IMG/VR virus record: IMGVR_UViG_3300034420_000018
Span: 1 to 36,209 of that record
Origin: a virus
Lineage: Duplodnaviria; Caudoviricetes
DNA length: 36,209 nucleotides
Direction: 5' to 3' (one strand)
The notes under the pieces were generated by a model. The model was not told the origin of the DNA. It did no database searches and was given only the letters and a program-made list of their open reading frames with translations. Below are positions 15,877 to 24,933 of the stretch, piece after piece. The position numbers and the translations under genes were made by a program. Positions within the stretch are counted from its first letter, which is position 1. The number at the start of each line of letters is the position of its first letter.

Positions 15877-17148
15877 ATGGCGATCCTGCCACGCTGGAAG
15901 CGGATAAAGCAGCGGGACTGGAAAGACCCGTTTAGCTGGTTCCGCTGGTACCACGAACTGTACGGGCCGGACCCGTTTTTCTATTACAACGGGAACAACG
16001 ACCCCCGCGAGTTCGGGGGCACGTTTGCCCGCGCCGATGCCTCGACCTGCGCCACCTATATCGACGGGGCGGGCGTCGTCAGGACCGTTGCGGCCAATAT
16101 TCCGCGTTTCGGCCATTACGACCCGTCGAACGTGTCCCTCGGCCCCACCCTCCTGCTGGAAGGAAGCCGACAGAATATCGTGGTGCAGTCCGAGGCGTTG
16201 GCAACCTCGTGGACGACCGATTGCACGATGACGAACGCCTATGCGTCGTATGCGGGGCTGTCGTTCACGCGGGCGAGTTCAATGTCGGGATCGTCCACCT
16301 ATCAGGCCGTGACCTTCACGGGCGATGGCGTGAAGGCGATCTCCATCTTCGTGCGGCAGGACGCGGCGATTGCGGGCACGACCAGCATCTCGCTTCGTGA
16401 CGTGACGGGCGCGGCGTGGCGGCTGGAGTGCCAGATCACGATAGCGGCGGGCGGGGCCGTCACGGCGAGTTGCGCGACGGGCACCTTGCTCGGCGTGCAG
16501 GCGTTGGCAAGCGGCGTCTATCGCGTGCTGTGCGCCACAACCAGCGTGACGGCGGCGAATACCAACCGCTTCTACGCGATCAATGGCGGGACGTGTACGA
16601 GTGTGTTGCTGGCTGGCGCGATGGCCGAAAACGCCTCCTTCCCCTCCTCCTACATCCCGACGACGACCGCCGCCGTCACCCGCGCCGTTGACTCGCTGAG
16701 CTTCCCGTTCTTGCCCGTCCCGCAGGCGATGACGGTGTATGCGGACTGCGTGGACCTGAATGCCTCCACGGGTAGCTACTTCAGTTTGGGGACCAGTACG
16801 CACCCCGAACTACTGCTCTACAATGCGGGTGGCCCATCTCGGGAGTTCTATCACCACAATGGGACCAGCGCTGTCAGCAAACAGCGGGGCGCTCCCGTCT
16901 TTGGTCAGCGCACAGAGTTCCGGTGTCTGCTAAATAACGACGGAAGCGTGGCGCTCGGAGTGTCCGACAATAGCGCCGCCGAAGTCGTCAGCACCACCAG
17001 CGCCGCCCTCACGCTAGCAGCGGCGTGGGCCACACAAGTGTTGTACGTCAACAGCGAGGGCGGGTCGTTCACCGGATTCCTCGCCCTCCGCTCCCTGAAG
17101 ATCGCGGCAGGGGTAAACAGTCTCAACAGAATGCGCTGGTTGGTCTAG
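15877..17148 (+). CDS. Head spike/fibre-like protein with carbohydrate-binding/LamG-like domains
   Basis: TFARA..ATYID..G......NIPRF, LLLEGSRQN, FPSSYIPTTTAAVTRA motifs typical of phage head-fibre proteins. Confidence 0.75.
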   Translation: MAILPRWKRIKQRDWKDPFSWFRWYHELYGPDPFFYYNGNNDPREFGGTFARADASTCATYIDGAGVVRTVAANIPRFGHYDPSNVSLGPTLLLEGSRQNIVVQSEALATSWTTDCTMTNAYASYAGLSFTRASSMSGSSTYQAVTFTGDGVKAISIFVRQDAAIAGTTSISLRDVTGAAWRLECQITIAAGGAVTASCATGTLLGVQALASGVYRVLCATTSVTAANTNRFYAINGGTCTSVLLAGAMAENASFPSSYIPTTTAAVTRAVDSLSFPFLPVPQAMTVYADCVDLNASTGSYFSLGTSTHPELLLYNAGGPSREFYHHNGTSAVSKQRGAPVFGQRTEFRCLLNNDGSVALGVSDNSAAEVVSTTSAALTLAAAWATQVLYVNSEGGSFTGFLALRSLKIAAGVNSLNRMRWLV

Positions 17149-18561
17149 GTGGCGGATAATCCGTTCGTCGCGTTCGGGGAGCGGTACGGCTACGATTGGG
17201 TCGGGCTGGTCCGGAGCGTGCTAGGGATGGAGCCGGACGACCATCAGCAGGAAATCCTGAACGCGATCCAGAACGGCGAACGCCGCATCTCGATCCGCTC
17301 AGGCCACGGCGTCGGCAAGACCTCCTCGCTGGCGATGGGGATTGTCTGCCACGCCCTGACGCGGTTCCCGCAGGCCACGGTCGCCACGGCCCCGACCAGC
17401 GGACAGTTGTTCGATGCCCTCGCGGCCCAGACGAAAGCCCTGTTCAAGCGGTTGCCGCCGTACCTGTTCGAGTTGTTTGAAGTCAAATCGGAATCCATCG
17501 TCCACCGGGGGGCACCAGAGGAATCCTTTGTTTCGTTCCGCACCTCGCGGGCCGAGACGCCGGAAGCCTTGGCGGGTGTCCACTCGGAAGGCCACGTCCT
17601 TCTGATCGCTGACGAAGCGTCGGGCGTGCCGGACCCCGTATTCGTTGCCGCCTCAGGCTCCATGTCGGGCCACAATGCAACGACGGTCCTCGCGGGGAAT
17701 CCGGTACGCACGTCCGGCCTGTTCTTCGAGACGCACCACGAACTCGCCCGGATGTGGCGCACGATCCATATTTCGTGCGTCGGGCACCCACGGGTGTCGC
17801 AGGACTTTCTGGATGACATGGAGGCGCGGTACGGCCTCGACACGAACGACTACCGCGTACGGGTGCTCGGGGAGTTCCCTCGGGCCGACGCCGACGCGGT
17901 GATCCCGTTTGAACTGCTCCAACTGGCACTGAGTCGTGACGTACAGGCCACGCTGGTCCGCCCGATATGGGGTGTGGACTGCGCCCGCTATGGGAATGAT
18001 CGTTCCGCGTTGGTGATGCGGAAGGGCAACGTCACGCTGGGCCGTGGGAAGGTATGGAAGGGGCTGGAAACGATGCAACTGACGGGCCAGATCAAGGCGG
18101 TCTGGGACGAAATGCCGTCGGCGGACCGGCCAGAAACGATCTGCGTGGATGCGATTGGACTCGGGGCTGGCGTGGCCGACCGACTGGCCGAACTCGGGCT
18201 TCCGGCCCGCGCCATCTCGGTCAGCGAATCCCCGTCGCTCGGCGGCAACTTCCTCAACCTGAAGGCCGAACTCTGGTGGGCCGCGAAACAGTGGTTTGCG
18301 GAGCGGGCGTGCAGTCTGAACGGCGACACGCAACTCGCGGCAGAACTGGGCTGGCCCCGCTACGGGTACACATCCAGCGGCAAGCTGAAGATCGAAACGA
18401 AAGAGGAAACGAAGCGCCGGATGACCTCAGGCAAGTCCCCCGACATCGCCGACGCCTTCATCCTGACGTTCGCGGCCCCCGCCGTGTCGGCGATCTATGG
18501 GTCAGTCGGAAGCACGACGTGGAAGGAACCCCTACAGAGAGACATCAAATGGCTCGTGTGA
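17149..18561 (+). CDS. terL: Terminase large subunit
   Basis: Walker A SGHGVGKT, Walker B LLIADEA, GNP motif III, nuclease GVDCARYGNDRS, VDAIGLGAGV, SPDIADA. Confidence 0.96.
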   Translation: MADNPFVAFGERYGYDWVGLVRSVLGMEPDDHQQEILNAIQNGERRISIRSGHGVGKTSSLAMGIVCHALTRFPQATVATAPTSGQLFDALAAQTKALFKRLPPYLFELFEVKSESIVHRGAPEESFVSFRTSRAETPEALAGVHSEGHVLLIADEASGVPDPVFVAASGSMSGHNATTVLAGNPVRTSGLFFETHHELARMWRTIHISCVGHPRVSQDFLDDMEARYGLDTNDYRVRVLGEFPRADADAVIPFELLQLALSRDVQATLVRPIWGVDCARYGNDRSALVMRKGNVTLGRGKVWKGLETMQLTGQIKAVWDEMPSADRPETICVDAIGLGAGVADRLAELGLPARAISVSESPSLGGNFLNLKAELWWAAKQWFAERACSLNGDTQLAAELGWPRYGYTSSGKLKIETKEETKRRMTSGKSPDIADAFILTFAAPAVSAIYGSVGSTTWKEPLQRDIKWLV

Positions 18562-19127
18562 GCAAGAAACAGCCAGACCCCAACGCCGAAGCCGTGGCCG
18601 CCCTCGTCGCCGAGGTCGTCAAGGGCAACCCGCGCGGCGCACCGATCACTATCCCAGCCCCCGCGCGTACCCGTAAGGCGAAGGAACCCGACGCAGAGTA
18701 TGACGACTACTCGGGGCCGATCTTTATGGGCGGTATTGATGACAATCCGACACCGATTGTCGAGGACGCGATCAACGCACCTGCGGCAGAACCCCTACAC
18801 GAACCAACGGCGATCCACTTACGCGCCCCGGAGGCGGGGCCGTTCTGTGTGCTGGACGACGCGCCCGTGAACTCGGTACTGGTCGCGCTCGCGTGGCCCG
18901 GACAGCCCACGGAGCCGCATCTCCAGACCCCGGCAGGTCAGATGCCGGTACCGGAGGGCGATCTGGCGTGGAGATTGCCGTTGCTGGGCGAGATCAAGCG
19001 GGTGGGCCCACGGACGTTTGTGGCGATCCAGCGGGACGATCCCATTGGCAGGCCCCCGCTCGTGTGTTCGACGGCGGTTGAGGCGTGCCAGAAGTTCAAG
19101 AAGTACTTCCACGACGAACGGGACTAA
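18558..19127 (+). CDS. Hypothetical protein
   Basis: Fills the TerL-portal gap; GTG 18558 (or ATG 18549) overlaps the TerL stop. Confidence 0.7.
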   Translation: MSKKQPDPNAEAVAALVAEVVKGNPRGAPITIPAPARTRKAKEPDAEYDDYSGPIFMGGIDDNPTPIVEDAINAPAAEPLHEPTAIHLRAPEAGPFCVLDDAPVNSVLVALAWPGQPTEPHLQTPAGQMPVPEGDLAWRLPLLGEIKRVGPRTFVAIQRDDPIGRPPLVCSTAVEACQKFKKYFHDERD

Positions 19128-19130
19128 GCG

Positions 19131-21233
19131 ATGGATCGCGGACTCGGCAACTTCCCGATGTACGTCCGGCCTGCCGACAACGGCGACGTGGACCTCAACG
19201 CGATCATCTCGCGGGCCATCACGGACGCGGTGGACTACGTCGACGGGGAGATCGCGCCGGAACGGGCGAAGGCCAGCGAGTACTATCAGGGCCTCCCGTT
19301 CGGCAACGAGCAGGACGGGCGCTCGCAGGCTGTGGCGACCGAGGTCCGCGACGGGATCATCAGCGTCATCCCCTCCGTCATTCGCGTCATCCACGGGCCG
19401 GAGCATCCCGTTGAGTTCGTCCCGAAGCGCGGGGATGCCGTGGGGATGGCCGAGCAGGCAACTGATTACGTGCGCTGGATTTACGAGGAGGACAACGGCG
19501 GGTTCCTCGTCACCCTGAGCGCCCTGAAGGACGGCCTACTGAAGAAACTGGGCGTGGTGAAGTGGGGGATGGAAGACGAGCCGAAGGTCAAGACCACGAT
19601 CTACCGTGGCCTCGACCGCGAGGGCGTGGCCCAACTCGCCGAAGACCCGTCCGCCACGATCACGCCTATCGCCCAGAACCCCGACGGCACCGTGGACGTG
19701 GAAGTGTCGCGGCAGGAGATGGTGGGGCGGATTTGGGTCGTTCCTGTTCCTCCTGACGACTTCTTCTGGAACCGCGAAGCCCGCTCGATTGAGGACGCGC
19801 TGATCGTCGGTCACCGCCTGCGCCTGACGCGCTCGACGCTCCGGCAGATGGGGGTGTCCGAGGAGAACTTGGACGAGTACGGCGGCACCATCGGGATCGC
19901 CGAGGAGACGGTCGAAGAGGTCGCGCGTCGCCAAAACGCCAACATCAGCGGCATCTCGAACGACGTGGAGATGGGGCCGGAGAACCGCCGCGTCCTGTAC
20001 TGCGAAGTCTACATGATGCTTCCGTCTGTCGATGAGGATGGCAACAGTACCGGCATTTCCGAACTCCGGAAGGTCTGCACGCTGGGCGACGCCTACCACC
20101 CGATCAAGAACGAACCGGCGGCCTGCAAGCCGTTCGCCGCCTTCAGTCCCGACCCCGAGCCGCACGCCTTCCTCGGCGGGTCGTGGTATGACCGACTGAA
20201 GGATATGCAGAAGATCAACTCGCAACTCTGGCGTGGCCTGTTCGACTCGCTGGCGATCTCGGTATTCCCCCGCCCCACGTATGTCGAGGGGCACGTGTCG
20301 CTGGCCGACCTGATGAACAACGGCGTCGGCACGCCCGTCCGCCAGAAGCAGCCCGGAATGGTGGAGTGGCAGGTCATCCCGTTTGCGGGCGACAAGATTC
20401 TGCCGGTGCTGGGGGCCACGCGGGAAGTCATCGAACGTCGGATCGGGAGCCAGCAGGGGGCCGGGTCACTCGACCTTGATGCCCTCCAGAGCACCGAGAA
20501 GGGGGCCGCTGACGCCGCGATCACGGCGGCGCAGGCTCAGCCCGAGCTACTGGCCCGCCTGTTCGCCGAGCACCTGCTGAAGCCGATGTATCGCGGGATT
20601 CTGGAGATGGTCGCGCACCCGAAGTCGAAGGAGCGCATCCTGCGGCTCCGTGGCTCGTATGTGCCGGTGGTTCCCGCGCAGTTCGATCCGACGATGGACG
20701 TGACATGCAACGTCGCCTTGGGATCGCTCGACGTGGCGAAGAAGGTCGCGATCCTGCGGGATGTGGTGGCTGACCAGAGCGCGATTCTCCAGCAGTACGG
20801 ACCGGAGAATCCGGTTGTCACGATCCAGATGCTCCGCAACAGTAAGGCCAAGCTCCTCCAGTTGCAGGGCATCAAGGACGTGGAAGCGTACTACAAGCCG
20901 ATCCCCGACGACTGGCAACCGCCGCCGCCCGCACCGCCCGAGCCGACACCGGACGAACTCTGGATTCAGGCCGAGAAGGAGATGGCCTTCCAGAAGCAGA
21001 TGAAGGAACTGGCGATCAAGCAGGACGAGTTGGCGCTGAAGGAGAAGCAACAGGAAATGGACGCCGCATTCAAGGAGGCCGAACTGGCCTTCCGTGAGCG
21101 CGAAGCGATGGCGAAGATTGACCTCGAACGCGAGAAATTGGTGCTGGAGGCCGAGAAGATATCGGTGAGTCGCGAGCAGGTGGCTGTCCAGCGCGAGCAG
21201 GCCGAGAACAAGCCAGAGGCCACGGATGAGTAA
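19131..21233 (+). CDS. Portal protein (P22-like, C-terminal coiled-coil barrel)
   Basis: 700 aa; YYQGLPFGNEQDGRSQAV, AEQATDYV, KDGLLKKLGVVK; proline stretch followed by a long coiled coil. Confidence 0.93.
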   Translation: MDRGLGNFPMYVRPADNGDVDLNAIISRAITDAVDYVDGEIAPERAKASEYYQGLPFGNEQDGRSQAVATEVRDGIISVIPSVIRVIHGPEHPVEFVPKRGDAVGMAEQATDYVRWIYEEDNGGFLVTLSALKDGLLKKLGVVKWGMEDEPKVKTTIYRGLDREGVAQLAEDPSATITPIAQNPDGTVDVEVSRQEMVGRIWVVPVPPDDFFWNREARSIEDALIVGHRLRLTRSTLRQMGVSEENLDEYGGTIGIAEETVEEVARRQNANISGISNDVEMGPENRRVLYCEVYMMLPSVDEDGNSTGISELRKVCTLGDAYHPIKNEPAACKPFAAFSPDPEPHAFLGGSWYDRLKDMQKINSQLWRGLFDSLAISVFPRPTYVEGHVSLADLMNNGVGTPVRQKQPGMVEWQVIPFAGDKILPVLGATREVIERRIGSQQGAGSLDLDALQSTEKGAADAAITAAQAQPELLARLFAEHLLKPMYRGILEMVAHPKSKERILRLRGSYVPVVPAQFDPTMDVTCNVALGSLDVAKKVAILRDVVADQSAILQQYGPENPVVTIQMLRNSKAKLLQLQGIKDVEAYYKPIPDDWQPPPPAPPEPTPDELWIQAEKEMAFQKQMKELAIKQDELALKEKQQEMDAAFKEAELAFREREAMAKIDLEREKLVLEAEKISVSREQVAVQREQAENKPEATDE

Positions 21234-21483
21234 AGCCACGGAGTCCGCCGACGCGATCCGCCGCTTACTGAAAGAGGACGCGGTGCAGGACGTCCTAGCC
21301 GACCTGAAGGACCAATCCTATCGGCAGTTCCTTGCCGCCAAGAATGACGATGACCGGCGCACCGCCCATGCCAACGCGCAGGCGGTGGACCGACTGGAAA
21401 CGGCGTTCCAAGCAGTCGTGGACGCCGGAGATCGCGAGAGAATGGAAGCGGAAATCGCCGACCGGCGACCCTCCACTCGCTAA
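21226..21483 (+). CDS. Small conserved head-module protein
   Basis: Helical 85-aa ORF in the usual position between portal and scaffold. Confidence 0.8.
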   Translation: MSKATESADAIRRLLKEDAVQDVLADLKDQSYRQFLAAKNDDDRRTAHANAQAVDRLETAFQAVVDAGDRERMEAEIADRRPSTR

Positions 21484-21497
21484 CCACGAAGGAGCAT

Positions 21498-22622
21498 ATG
21501 TCCGACCTCGCCACCGAAACCGACGGTTCCCTCCACGAAGCCGCAGAAGCCCTCAATCGCCGATTCGCCTCACACTCCGAAGTGCCAGCGGACACGGACG
21601 ATGACGGCGAAGACACATCCGAAACCAAGCCCGAGCGTCCCCGTGGGCCGGACGGCAAGTTCCTGCCGACCAAGCCCAAGGACGACACGATCCCGCTGAC
21701 GCCCGCCGACGGGTCCGAAGACCCCGACGAGGTGGAGCAGGAGCAGGCCGAGGAGCCGGACGCCGAGGAGGAGCAGGAGGAGGAAGCCCCGCCGAAGAAG
21801 CCCATCCAGCCGATCAAGCTGAACATCGGCGGGAAAGTGCAGGAGTTCGACGCGGCGGTGGTAACGGTGCCGGTGAAGGTGGATGGGATGGTGAAGCAGG
21901 TGCCGCTGTCGGAGGCGCTGGGCGGGTACTCGCGCACCGAGGACTACACGCGGAAGACGCAGGCGGTGGCGGAGGAGAAGAAGCGGTTTGAGGCGGAAGT
22001 CGTCGCCCCATTGACCGAGGAGCGGCGCTACTACGCGGAACGGATCGGCCTCATCGAGGAGGCCTTGCAGGAGTTTCAGCAGGAACGCGCACCAGACTGG
22101 AACATGTTGCGGGGGCAGTTGGACCCCGAAGCCTTCCAGCAACGGTGGGTGGAGTGGGATACGCGACAGAAGCACCTCGCGGGCATCCAAGCCGAGAAGG
22201 CGAAGGTGGCCGAGCGTGCCGCCGCCGCCGAGCAACAGGCCCTACAGGCCCGACTCGCGGAGGAGCACGAGAAGTTGCAGGTTGCCATACCGGAGTTCGC
22301 TGATCCGGAGAAGGGTCCAGCACTGAAGGCCGATCTGGTTGCCTACGCGAAATCGAAGGGATTTTCCGACGATGACCTCGCGCAAGTCACCGACCATCGC
22401 GTCCTCGTGTTGCTGAACAACTCCCGCAAGTGGGAGGAAAGCCAACTCAGAAGGCCGAAGCTGGAGGACAAGGTTGACCGTGTGCTGGAAAGCGTCAAGC
22501 CCAGCAGCACGAAACCGAAGCCGAAACTGTCGGAGATTGAGCGGGCGCAAGCAGACCTCGCGAAAACGGGCCGTGTGGAAGACGCCGCACGGGCCATCAA
22601 TCTGAAGTTCCAACGACGATAA
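21498..22622 (+). CDS. Capsid scaffolding protein
   Basis: Acidic N-terminus, VKVDG...GYSRTEDYTRKTQ, coiled coil, C-terminal KTGRVEDAA; AAGGAG RBS; directly upstream of the capsid gene. Confidence 0.88.
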   Translation: MSDLATETDGSLHEAAEALNRRFASHSEVPADTDDDGEDTSETKPERPRGPDGKFLPTKPKDDTIPLTPADGSEDPDEVEQEQAEEPDAEEEQEEEAPPKKPIQPIKLNIGGKVQEFDAAVVTVPVKVDGMVKQVPLSEALGGYSRTEDYTRKTQAVAEEKKRFEAEVVAPLTEERRYYAERIGLIEEALQEFQQERAPDWNMLRGQLDPEAFQQRWVEWDTRQKHLAGIQAEKAKVAERAAAAEQQALQARLAEEHEKLQVAIPEFADPEKGPALKADLVAYAKSKGFSDDDLAQVTDHRVLVLLNNSRKWEESQLRRPKLEDKVDRVLESVKPSSTKPKPKLSEIERAQADLAKTGRVEDAARAINLKFQRR

Positions 22623-22634
22623 CTCGGAGTAGGT

Positions 22635-23360
22635 ATGACCATCCTGTCCTCGACGTTCACGCGCTACGATGCGGTTGGCGTGCGCGAAGACCTGTCGAAT
22701 GAGATCAGCAACATCGCCCCAACGGAAACCCCGTTCCTCTCGAACGCGAAGAAGGGCAAGGCGAAGCAGACGTTCTACGAGTGGCAGACTGACACGCTGG
22801 ATGCGGCAGTCACCACGAACCAGCAGCTTGAAGGCGACAACATCACGTCGTATCCCGCTGTCACGGCGACCGTGCGGCTCGGCAACTATGCCGAAATCGC
22901 CCGCAAGACCGCCTCGCTGTCCGGCACCGTCGAGGTGGTGGATTCGGCGGGCGGCGCGAACGACATGGGGTATGTCGTGGCCTCGAAGGGCAAGGCCCTG
23001 AAGCGCGACATGGAATCCTCGCTGCTCGCCAACAAGGCGTGCAACGCGGGCAACTCCACCACGGCGCGTCAGACGGGTGGCCTGAAGGCGTGGATCAAGA
23101 CGAACTACGACAAGGCGTCCGATGCCACGATCCCGTCGTACACCACGACCCCCTCGGGTACGTGGACGGACGGCACGGCACGCGCGTTCACGGAGACGCA
23201 GGTCAAGAGCGTCCTCCAGCAGTGCTACACGTCGGGCGCGAACACCAGCACGATCATGGTGGGCGCGTTCAACAAGCAGGCGTTCTCGGCGTTCTCGGGC
23301 GTCGTCGAACTGATGACGAACGTCGGCAAGTCGGCGGCCACCATCGTCGGCGCAGCGGAT
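22635..23360 (+). CDS. Major capsid protein, exon 1 (242 codons; DUF5309/SU10-like)
   Basis: GVREDLSNEISNIAPTETPF, YEWQTDTL, LKRDMESSLL; ends ...IVGAAD at the 5' splice-site U. Confidence 0.93.
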
Positions 23361-23432
23361 AAACTCAACTGGGCGCTTGCCGCCTAGGTGTCCGCCTAAA
23401 ACTCGACTATATGCTGGAAACCCCTAAAGCCC

Positions 23433-23461
23433 TTGCGACCGAAGCCAGATAGTTATATATT
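23433..23461 (+). promoter_or_regulatory. Putative intron-internal promoter for the homing endonuclease
   Basis: TTGCGA (23433-23438), 17 nt, TATATT (23456-23461), 32 nt upstream of ATG 23494. Confidence 0.5.
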
Positions 23462-23493
23462 CTGACTTTGGTAACACTACAAGGGATGCAACA

Positions 23494-24027
23494 ATGGGCA
23501 ATCAGCAGGAAAGATCGCTGGGTTGGTTGGCGGGGATCATTGATGGCGAAGGGTCGGTTTCCTTCCAAGTCTACACCCTGCCGGACGGGAGAGTCAGAAT
23601 CACTCCATTCGTCTGTATCGTGAACTCGGACGAGGGGATTCTCAATGAGGCGTGGCGATTGTTGGGCGAACTCACGGCGGCGAGTACGAAGGCTCGGCCT
23701 CGGTGGTGTAAGCACAACGTCAAGAACGCCAAGAGTTTCGAGTCGCGGCTTCTGTGCAGTGTGATTCGGCTGGACGGGGCAGCAGTACGACTCGTCCTTG
23801 CCCCACTGCTTCCACATCTTCGGTCCAAGAAGGCGCGGTCAGCGGCGGCGATACTCGAATACCTTGATTCTCGTGATGCAATGCTATTGAAGCGAGATGA
23901 CAAGGGGCGCATTGAGCGGCAGGGATACACCAAGGCGCAGGTCGAACTGGTGTGTTCTATCCGCACCTCTCCACTAGCGAAATCCTCAGAGGCCATATGT
24001 CGAGCCCCCAATGTATCGGCGGGATGA
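23494..24027 (+). CDS. Intron-encoded LAGLIDADG homing endonuclease (single motif)
   Basis: WLAGIIDGEGSV motif, LLPHLRSKK; lies inside the intron. Confidence 0.92.
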   Translation: MGNQQERSLGWLAGIIDGEGSVSFQVYTLPDGRVRITPFVCIVNSDEGILNEAWRLLGELTAASTKARPRWCKHNVKNAKSFESRLLCSVIRLDGAAVRLVLAPLLPHLRSKKARSAAAILEYLDSRDAMLLKRDDKGRIERQGYTKAQVELVCSIRTSPLAKSSEAICRAPNVSAG

Positions 24028-24116
24028 TATGGTCCGAACCCACGGGAAAGCCGTGGGAGGCTGGCAGAACTAGAAATGACCAGCCCGCTCTCCTGCGGGA
24101 GAGAGGTAACAGATTG

Positions 24117-24350
24117 ACCTATGTTTCAGACTTCGGGCGGCTCTCCGTCGTGCCGAACCGCTTCCAGCCGCAGAACGCGGCGCTGTTCCTTGATTGGGAT
24201 TTGGTCGCGGTGAACTACCTGCGTCCGTTCCACTCGCTGAACCTCGCCAAGACCGGCGACGCGGACAACAAGATGATCCTCGTCGAGTTCGGCCTGAAGG
24301 TGCTCAACGAACGGGGCCTTGGGATCGTAAATGACCTCAGTACCTCGTAA
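24117..24350 (+). CDS. Major capsid protein, exon 2 (77 aa; spliced product 319 aa)
   Basis: TYVSDFGRLSVVPNRF...YLRPF...LAKTGDA.K.MIL.EFGL is the C-terminus of this capsid family; splicing gives GAADTYVSDFG in frame. Confidence 0.93.
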   Translation, partial: TYVSDFGRLSVVPNRFQPQNAALFLDWDLVAVNYLRPFHSLNLAKTGDADNKMILVEFGLKVLNERGLGIVNDLSTS

Positions 24351-24376
24351 GTCGTTAGGGTAGGAACTCGCGTTGC

Positions 24377-24406
24377 GGCGGGGGTGGCTAAGTGGTCGCC
24401 CCCGCC
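24377..24406 (+). terminator. GC-rich hairpin downstream of the capsid gene
   Basis: GGCGGGGGTGGCT-aagt-GGTCGCCCCCGCC stem with G-U pairs; no U tract, so terminator role is uncertain. Confidence 0.4.
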
Positions 24407-24429
24407 CAGCGCCCGACTCTTGGATGGGT

Positions 24430-24933
24430 ATGCCGCTAACTAAGCGATGTCCGGACTGCGGTGAAACGAAGGAAAGAAATGCATTTAGTCCAAGAGCTGG
24501 GTATTGCAAGCCGTGTGCATCGGCAAGACAGAGGGTTCGTTACGCGAAGGACCCTACCAGACAGCGCGAGTATGCTGCGGCCTATCGCGCCCAAAATAAG
24601 GACAGGGTGCGGGCGGCAAAGATCGAAGCCTACAAGAAAAGTCCCGACAAGTATAAGGACAAAGAACTTCGATGGAGATATGGCCTGTCATTGGCCGGAC
24701 TGCGTGAAATGATGGAACGGCAGGGCGGTTGTTGCCGTATTTGTGGTGGCGAACTTCAGGGTGGACGGGCAACACACATAGACCATTGTCACGCGACTGG
24801 AGTTGTTAGGTCTGTACTGTGCCACAACTGTAACACCGGGCTTGGCGGATTTCGGGACAGCCCAGAGATAATGGCTCGGGCGATAGAGTACGTGACTGAG
24901 TGGAGGCGGCGTGCAGACCAAAAGACTGCTTGA
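24430..24933 (+). CDS. Endonuclease VII-family (His-Me) nuclease, probable free-standing homing endonuclease
   Basis: N-terminal CPDC..CKPC zinc finger; YGLS...QGGCCRICG...HIDHCHATGVVRSVLCHNCNTGLGGFRD; start at ATG 24424 or 24430. Confidence 0.9.
   Translation: MPLTKRCPDCGETKERNAFSPRAGYCKPCASARQRVRYAKDPTRQREYAAAYRAQNKDRVRAAKIEAYKKSPDKYKDKELRWRYGLSLAGLREMMERQGGCCRICGGELQGGRATHIDHCHATGVVRSVLCHNCNTGLGGFRDSPEIMARAIEYVTEWRRRADQKTA

Larger units (their letters stand above)
23361..24116 (+). ncRNA. Group I self-splicing intron (756 nt) in the major capsid gene
   Basis: IGS TAGGTGTCCGC (23385-23395) pairs with exon GCGGAT (P1, U-G at the site) and ACCTA (P10); P4 TGCTG/CAGCA; P3 CTCGAC/GTCGAG; R TCAGAGGCCA and S ATGATATGGTCC form P7; P9 hairpins; terminal G at 24116. 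Confidence 0.93.

Noticed and set aside
18054-18557. Upstream extensions of ORF-track calls (also 25069, 29673, 30073, 30726, 9684, 7221, 4098)
   Set aside because: They overlap established genes; downstream starts with an RBS or stop/start overlap fit better.
22635-23387. Capsid as a truncated 250-aa protein, pseudogene or TAG-recoded gene
   Set aside because: The TAG lies inside the intron IGS. Splicing restores the full frame, and TAG serves as a normal stop in other genes here.
23494-24027. Intein explanation for the LAGLIDADG domain
   Set aside because: The ORF is in a different frame from the capsid, has its own start and stop, and lacks intein terminal motifs.
23952-24116. N-terminal part of the 132-aa ORF in the track
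   Set aside because: It is intron sequence (P7-P9) that happens to be open; only 24117 onward is capsid.
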